IMG/VR virus record: IMGVR_UViG_3300020477_000021
Reading direction: 5' to 3' (one strand)
Source: an uncultured virus (IMG/VR IMGVR_UViG_3300020477_000021)
Lineage: Duplodnaviria > Heunggongvirae > Uroviricota > Caudoviricetes
DNA: 20,000 nucleotides
Positions 15,183-20,000 of the stretch are shown in pieces (the stretch's first letter is position 1; each line of letters opens with the position of its first letter). Made by a program: the position numbers and the translations under genes. A model generated the notes under the pieces. It saw nothing but the letters and a program-made list of their open reading frames with translations. It ran no database searches and was not told the origin of the DNA.

Positions 15183-16221
15183 TACTAAATATATTCATCA
15201 AATTTCATTTCGTTTAAGAAATTTTAAACAGAAATCCCAAAAGCTATGGAATTTCTCTTGTCCTATCTGTGGTGATTCACAAAAGAATAAAACCAAAGCA
15301 CGAGGATATATTTATGAAGTAAAAAATCATTTAAATTTTAAATGTCATAATTGTAGTATATCTTCCTCATTTGCAAACTTTTTAAAGAACGTAGATATTT
15401 CATTACATAAAGAATATGTTGCTGAAAAGTTTTTCAATGGTAATGGAAAAACGATAGAAAAACCAAAAGAAGAAATTCCAGTAGGAAAGAAGCCTCCAAG
15501 AAGTATTGCTGGTTTTGGTGGTACTCATATGGAAGTTTTGGAAAGTAAAGTTGATTTACCTTCGATTTTAAAATTACCAGCTAATAATGAATGTAGAAAA
15601 TATGTAGTCGAAAGAAAAATTCCAGTAAAGAAACATAATGATCTGTATTACGCAGAAAACTTTGTTGAATGGACAAAATCTATTATGCCGGGTCTTATTG
15701 ATAATTTACCTGAACATGGTCGATTAGTTATTCCATTTAGAAATAAAGAAGGAAAAATATTTGCATATCAAGGAAGAGCTCTAAATAAAAGAATACAACC
15801 AAAATATTATACAATTAAATTAGATAAAGACCTTCCATTGATGTATGGTTTGAACACTTGTAATTTTAAAGAAGATTATTATGTCGTAGAAGGTCCTATT
15901 GATGCAATGTTTTTGAGTAATGCTGTTGCATTAGGTGGACTAAAACTTCCAGTATTATTAAATGGTTTAGATAAATCAAATGCAATTATTGTTTTTGACA
16001 ATGAACCAAGAAATATACATTTAATTAAGAAAATAGAAAAAGCTATTGATTCACATTTTAAAATTTGTTTGCTTCCAAATACGTTTAAAAAATTAAAAGA
16101 TATAAATGATTATATTAAATCTGGAATGACAGCAGAGGAAATGGAGGAATTTCTTAGTAAGAATGTAACAAGAGATTTGCAAGCAAAATTATTATTATCA
16201 CAATGGAGAAAATATAAGTGA
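15166..16221 (+). CDS. gp61: DNA primase, T4 gp61-like
   Basis: CPICGDS..NKTKARG, CHNC zinc ribbon, RLVIPF, YQGRAL, VEGPIDAMF, FDNEPRN and KDIND. Confidence 0.96.
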   Translation: MTIFVDTKYIHQISFRLRNFKQKSQKLWNFSCPICGDSQKNKTKARGYIYEVKNHLNFKCHNCSISSSFANFLKNVDISLHKEYVAEKFFNGNGKTIEKPKEEIPVGKKPPRSIAGFGGTHMEVLESKVDLPSILKLPANNECRKYVVERKIPVKKHNDLYYAENFVEWTKSIMPGLIDNLPEHGRLVIPFRNKEGKIFAYQGRALNKRIQPKYYTIKLDKDLPLMYGLNTCNFKEDYYVVEGPIDAMFLSNAVALGGLKLPVLLNGLDKSNAIIVFDNEPRNIHLIKKIEKAIDSHFKICLLPNTFKKLKDINDYIKSGMTAEEMEEFLSKNVTRDLQAKLLLSQWRKYK

Positions 16222-16934
16222 AGTTTAATTTTCTTACAAGAAGAAAACTACATGAGGCTTTTCAAGTAAATCCAGAATTAACTATAAGTCAAATTAAAGC
16301 AGGTCCTCTTTATTATTTTATTATTGAAAATTTTTTAGTTGATCCTGAAGGAGCTTTAAATTATTTTATGGAGTTTCCAGCATTGCATCCACCTTTTTAT
16401 GTTACTGGACCTGGTGGAAGGCAAAATATTTCTGTCGTTGAGATGATGCCAATTTTATTGGTTTATAAATCTATTCTTGATAAATTGAAATTTCCTAATA
16501 TTAGTGCAATGAATTTTTTTACGTCATCTAATATTTTGTATAAAGATATGGAAGCGCATAATCAGAATTATAAACCACACCATGATATTAATGATATTGT
16601 TTTTACTTTATGGTTAAGTAAACATGGTGGTGGGACAGCTTTTTATAGTTATGAAGGTGAATGTGATTCACGAAAATTAACATCTGCACAATATACAGAA
16701 GCACATAAACGGGAAGAATGTTTAGAAGAATGGAAGAATTTTGAAGGAGATGATAAATGGAATTTATATCATATAATTCCTGAAAAATTTAATACAGTTA
16801 CTTTATATAATGGATTCTTTTTCCATTCTATGTATCCTAAATGGAAAAATGATGATTATAGATATAATGTTTTATCGTTTTATCATAAAGACGGTATTGG
16901 AAAAACATGGGAGAATTTAAATAGTGAAGTATAA
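16218..16934 (+). CDS. 2OG-Fe(II) oxygenase-like (DUF6445-like) protein
   Basis: IENFLVDP, PHHD (HxD), GGTAFY, FN...Y....FHS and a distal R; GTG start overlaps the primase stop. Confidence 0.75.
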   Translation: MKFNFLTRRKLHEAFQVNPELTISQIKAGPLYYFIIENFLVDPEGALNYFMEFPALHPPFYVTGPGGRQNISVVEMMPILLVYKSILDKLKFPNISAMNFFTSSNILYKDMEAHNQNYKPHHDINDIVFTLWLSKHGGGTAFYSYEGECDSRKLTSAQYTEAHKREECLEEWKNFEGDDKWNLYHIIPEKFNTVTLYNGFFFHSMYPKWKNDDYRYNVLSFYHKDGIGKTWENLNSEV

Positions 16935-17784
16935 TAGTGATTTTGGAACAGAAGATTTCTTTGCAGCTCCTATTAATGATACTATGTTTATGAGTACCGA
17001 TGGGGTGGGTTCTAAGATAGAACTTGAATGCTGGGATACTATTGGTTATGATTGTGTTGCAATGAATGTAAATGATGTTATTTGTGTTGGAGCAAGACCA
17101 ACTGCATTTGTTAATTACATAAAGATGCCACTAGCTATGTATTGCCAATACATTAATGATGATAGAATTAATAAAATTGCAAAGGGATTACTCGCAGCTT
17201 GTAATTTGGCAGATGTTAAACTGATTGGTGGTGAAACTGCAATACATGGAAACGATCCTGATGTTTCTGGAACTGTTGTTGGTGAATTAATTCATCATAA
17301 ACCTATTTACGGGCAAAATATAGGTCCTGGTGATAAAATTATTGGTATTGAATCAGGTGGAATACACTCTAATGGATTTACAGAATTAAGAAAAAATAAA
17401 ATTGCTATTCCGAATTATTTTTCAGAACCAACATATATTTACAGTAAATTAATTGTTCATTTAGTTGAGGAAAATCTAGTAACTGGTTTGGTTAATGTTA
17501 CTGGTGGTGGGATGAATAATATTCATAGATTGAGAACACCATATAAACCAATAATACCATTACCGGGAATGTTGGATAAGAAAAATAAACATATGAATGA
17601 CATTTATAATGCTTTACTTCCAACAATGGAGGGAAAAATTATTCCAACTATTGATTATATGAAAGATCATTTTAATATGGGATGGGGATTTATTGTTGTA
17701 TGTAAAGATGAAGTGGGACATAATGTTTTAGATATAATCGAAATGTTCGGTTATAAGTATAATATATTGGGAGCGTATGAATGA
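16924..17784 (+). CDS. purM: AIR synthetase PurM-like protein, N-terminally shortened
   Basis: STDGVGSK, DCVAMNVND, GGETA, SGGIHSNGF, VTGGG and FNMG. Confidence 0.88.
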   Translation: MKYNSDFGTEDFFAAPINDTMFMSTDGVGSKIELECWDTIGYDCVAMNVNDVICVGARPTAFVNYIKMPLAMYCQYINDDRINKIAKGLLAACNLADVKLIGGETAIHGNDPDVSGTVVGELIHHKPIYGQNIGPGDKIIGIESGGIHSNGFTELRKNKIAIPNYFSEPTYIYSKLIVHLVEENLVTGLVNVTGGGMNNIHRLRTPYKPIIPLPGMLDKKNKHMNDIYNALLPTMEGKIIPTIDYMKDHFNMGWGFIVVCKDEVGHNVLDIIEMFGYKYNILGAYE

Positions 17785-18680
17785 CAAAACAAAGTGAGGT
17801 GAAAGATGACGGAAATTATAAAGTGGTTCATAATGCTGGGTTCGTTGGTCTTGTGGATACTATGGGTTCTGATAGCGATATCACCCAAGCAGCCCGAGTT
17901 TCTTACGGTACCGGAACCAAAAAAGTCTCAGATGATCGTAATTTAATTCGATATTTAATGAGACATAGGCATACTACTCCTTTTGAGATGTGTGAAGTTA
18001 AATTTCATATTAGGCTTCCTATTTTTATAATGCGTCAATGGATAAGACATAGAACAGCTTCTGTTAATGAATATTCTGCACGTTATTCTATAATGGAAGA
18101 TGAGTTTTATATCCCAGAGCATGATTATCTTCAATTTCAATCAAGAGATAATAAACAAGGAAGGTGCAGACCTTGGATGGCAGAGGGAATGGAGGATGGT
18201 TTTGAGTATAGAGAAAAAGAGTTAATTCGTAATGGAATGGATGAGATAAATATTAATTCATACAAAAAGTATGAAAAACTTTTAGACATGAATCTTACCA
18301 GAGAATTATCACGAATTGTTTTACCTGTATCAAATTATACCGAGTTTTATTGGAAAATTAATTTACATAATTTATTTCATTTTTTGCATCTTAGGACTGA
18401 TTCACACGCACAACAAGAAATACAAGATTATGCAAACGCAGTATTAGAATTAGCTAGACCTAAATTTCCAGTTGCATTTGAAGCATGGGAGAATTATGTT
18501 AGAGGTTCTGTTACGTTTAGTCAAACAGAAATGAAAATTTTAAAATCTCATATGGCAACTGGAATATCTGAATATTTAAATTCAAAAAGCGAAGAAGGGA
18601 GAAATCCACTAGAAAACGAATTATCCAACCGAGAATGGAAAGAATTTACGGAGAAATTAAAGAATGAATCTACCAACTGA
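17781..18680 (+). CDS. thyX: Flavin-dependent thymidylate synthase
   Basis: AARVSY, HTTPFE, RHRTASVNEYSARY (RHRx7S signature) and HAQQEI. Confidence 0.97.
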   Translation: MTKQSEVKDDGNYKVVHNAGFVGLVDTMGSDSDITQAARVSYGTGTKKVSDDRNLIRYLMRHRHTTPFEMCEVKFHIRLPIFIMRQWIRHRTASVNEYSARYSIMEDEFYIPEHDYLQFQSRDNKQGRCRPWMAEGMEDGFEYREKELIRNGMDEININSYKKYEKLLDMNLTRELSRIVLPVSNYTEFYWKINLHNLFHFLHLRTDSHAQQEIQDYANAVLELARPKFPVAFEAWENYVRGSVTFSQTEMKILKSHMATGISEYLNSKSEEGRNPLENELSNREWKEFTEKLKNESTN

Positions 18681-20000
18681 ATATCAACAGTATATTCATT
18701 TATCCAGATATGCGAGATGGCTTGAGGATAAAGGAAGAAGGGAAACATGGGGTGAAACTGTTGAACGATTTATGGGTTTTATTACGAAACATCTTGCAGA
18801 AAACTTTGATAGTCCAGTAACACAAAAAGATTTAAAAAGAATACATGAAGCAATTTTAAATTTAGAAGTAATGCCGTCTATGCGAGCATTAATGACAGCT
18901 GGTCAAGCACTAGAAAGAGATCATATTGCTGGTTATAATTGTGCATATATAGAGTGTAACCGTTTACGAGCATTTGATGAAATTCTTTATATTCTTATGT
19001 GTGGTACTGGTGTAGGTTTTTCTGTTGAACGCCAACACGTTCAACGATTGCCTTCAGTTCCAGAAACAATGGAATCGACTGATACTACTATTGTAGTTCA
19101 GGATTCAAAAGTAGGATGGGCAAAAGCATTGAGAGAATTGGTGTCACTTCTCTATGCTGGACAAGTACCAAAATTTGATACAAGTAAGTTAAGACCGGCC
19201 GGGTCAAGATTAAAAACATTTGGTGGACGAGCATCAGGACCTAAACCGTTAGAAGATTTATTTAAGTTTATTATTGATAAATTTATTGATGTTTCAAAAG
19301 CAGGCAGTCGAGCATTAACATCTTTAGAATGCCATGATGTTATTTGTAAGATTGCAGAATCTGTTGTAGTTGGAGGAGTAAGACGGTCAGCTTTAATTTC
19401 CTTGTCTAATCTTTCAGATGATAGAATGAGACATTCTAAAGATGGTCAATGGTGGGAAATGAACTCTCAGAGGTCACTTGCAAATAATTCTGCCGTATAT
19501 ATTGAACGTCCAGAAATGTCAACTTTTATGAAAGAATGGAGAGCTCTTTATGATAGTAAGTCTGGTGAACGTGGAATGTTTAATAGAACAGCAGCAATTA
19601 AACAAGCTGCGAAAACAGAACGTAGAGAAACAGAAGGGCAAAACTTTGGTACGAACCCTTGTTCTGAAATAATTTTACGAGATAGAGAATTTTGCAACCT
19701 GACGGAAATTGTTCTTCGCGAAAAAGATACAAAAGAAACAATTAAAGAAAAAATAGAAATTGCAACTATCTTAGGAACGATTCAAGCAACACTTACAGAT
19801 TTTAAATACATAACTAAAGAATGGCAGAAAAATTGTGAAGAAGAACGATTGTTGGGTGTATCTCTAACTGGAATTATGGATCATAAACATTTTAATGGTT
19901 CTGGAAATAGAAATACACTACAAGCTGATTTAATGGAGTTACGAAATTACTCTATAGAAGTAAATAAAAAACTGGCAAAGAAATTTAATATTAATCAATC
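18664..20000 (+). CDS. nrdJ: Class II adenosylcobalamin-dependent ribonucleotide reductase (monomeric RTPR type), 3' partial
   Basis: Not in the ORF track because it has no stop in the window. MNLPTEYQQYIHLSRYARW...RRETW, MPSMR, YNC, GTGVGFS, LKTFGGRASGP, VVVGGVRRSA, GTNPCSEI, FCNLTE and RLLGVSLTG. Confidence 0.92.
   Translation, partial: MNLPTEYQQYIHLSRYARWLEDKGRRETWGETVERFMGFITKHLAENFDSPVTQKDLKRIHEAILNLEVMPSMRALMTAGQALERDHIAGYNCAYIECNRLRAFDEILYILMCGTGVGFSVERQHVQRLPSVPETMESTDTTIVVQDSKVGWAKALRELVSLLYAGQVPKFDTSKLRPAGSRLKTFGGRASGPKPLEDLFKFIIDKFIDVSKAGSRALTSLECHDVICKIAESVVVGGVRRSALISLSNLSDDRMRHSKDGQWWEMNSQRSLANNSAVYIERPEMSTFMKEWRALYDSKSGERGMFNRTAAIKQAAKTERRETEGQNFGTNPCSEIILRDREFCNLTEIVLREKDTKETIKEKIEIATILGTIQATLTDFKYITKEWQKNCEEERLLGVSLTGIMDHKHFNGSGNRNTLQADLMELRNYSIEVNKKLAKKFNINQ

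Noticed and set aside
1451..18748. All minus-strand ORFs in the track (e.g. 2860-3162, 4572-4880, 8225-8494, 11982-12233)
   Set aside because: They are antisense shadows of well-supported plus-strand genes, with no recognisable motifs.
1..20000. CRISPR array, integrase/IS, intron, intein, homing endonuclease or stop-codon recoding
   Set aside because: No repeat-spacer periodicity and no such motifs. Ligase, primase, thyX and nrdJ read uninterrupted in the standard code.

Overview
AT-rich, densely coding, all plus-strand segment of a T4-like myovirus genome, probably aquatic. Evidence for T4 affinity: gp30-type DNA ligase, gp61-type primase, TATAAATA late promoters and conserved T4-like hypothetical proteins. 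From left to right: a partial 2OG-Fe(II) oxygenase; a WYL_2/Sm-like gene; a GC-rich structured intergenic element with a perfect sigma70 promoter driving small early genes, two of them paralogs; DNA ligase; purS; tRNA-Thr(UGU); SutA-like and DUF1599 genes; a late-promoter pair of a ligase-fold (DUF6267-like) protein and a HIGH nucleotidyltransferase, both with capsid-targeting-like N-termini; a SoxS-like exported thioredoxin; virion structural genes, one preceded by a candidate structured RNA with twin AGUCC loops; a possible lysis/membrane cluster; then a second perfect sigma70 promoter before a saccharopine/lysine dehydrogenase-family gene, LPP20 lipoprotein, primase, a second 2OG oxygenase, a divergent purM, thyX and a class II (B12) ribonucleotide reductase that runs off the window. 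All family calls come from motif recognition by eye, not database searches.
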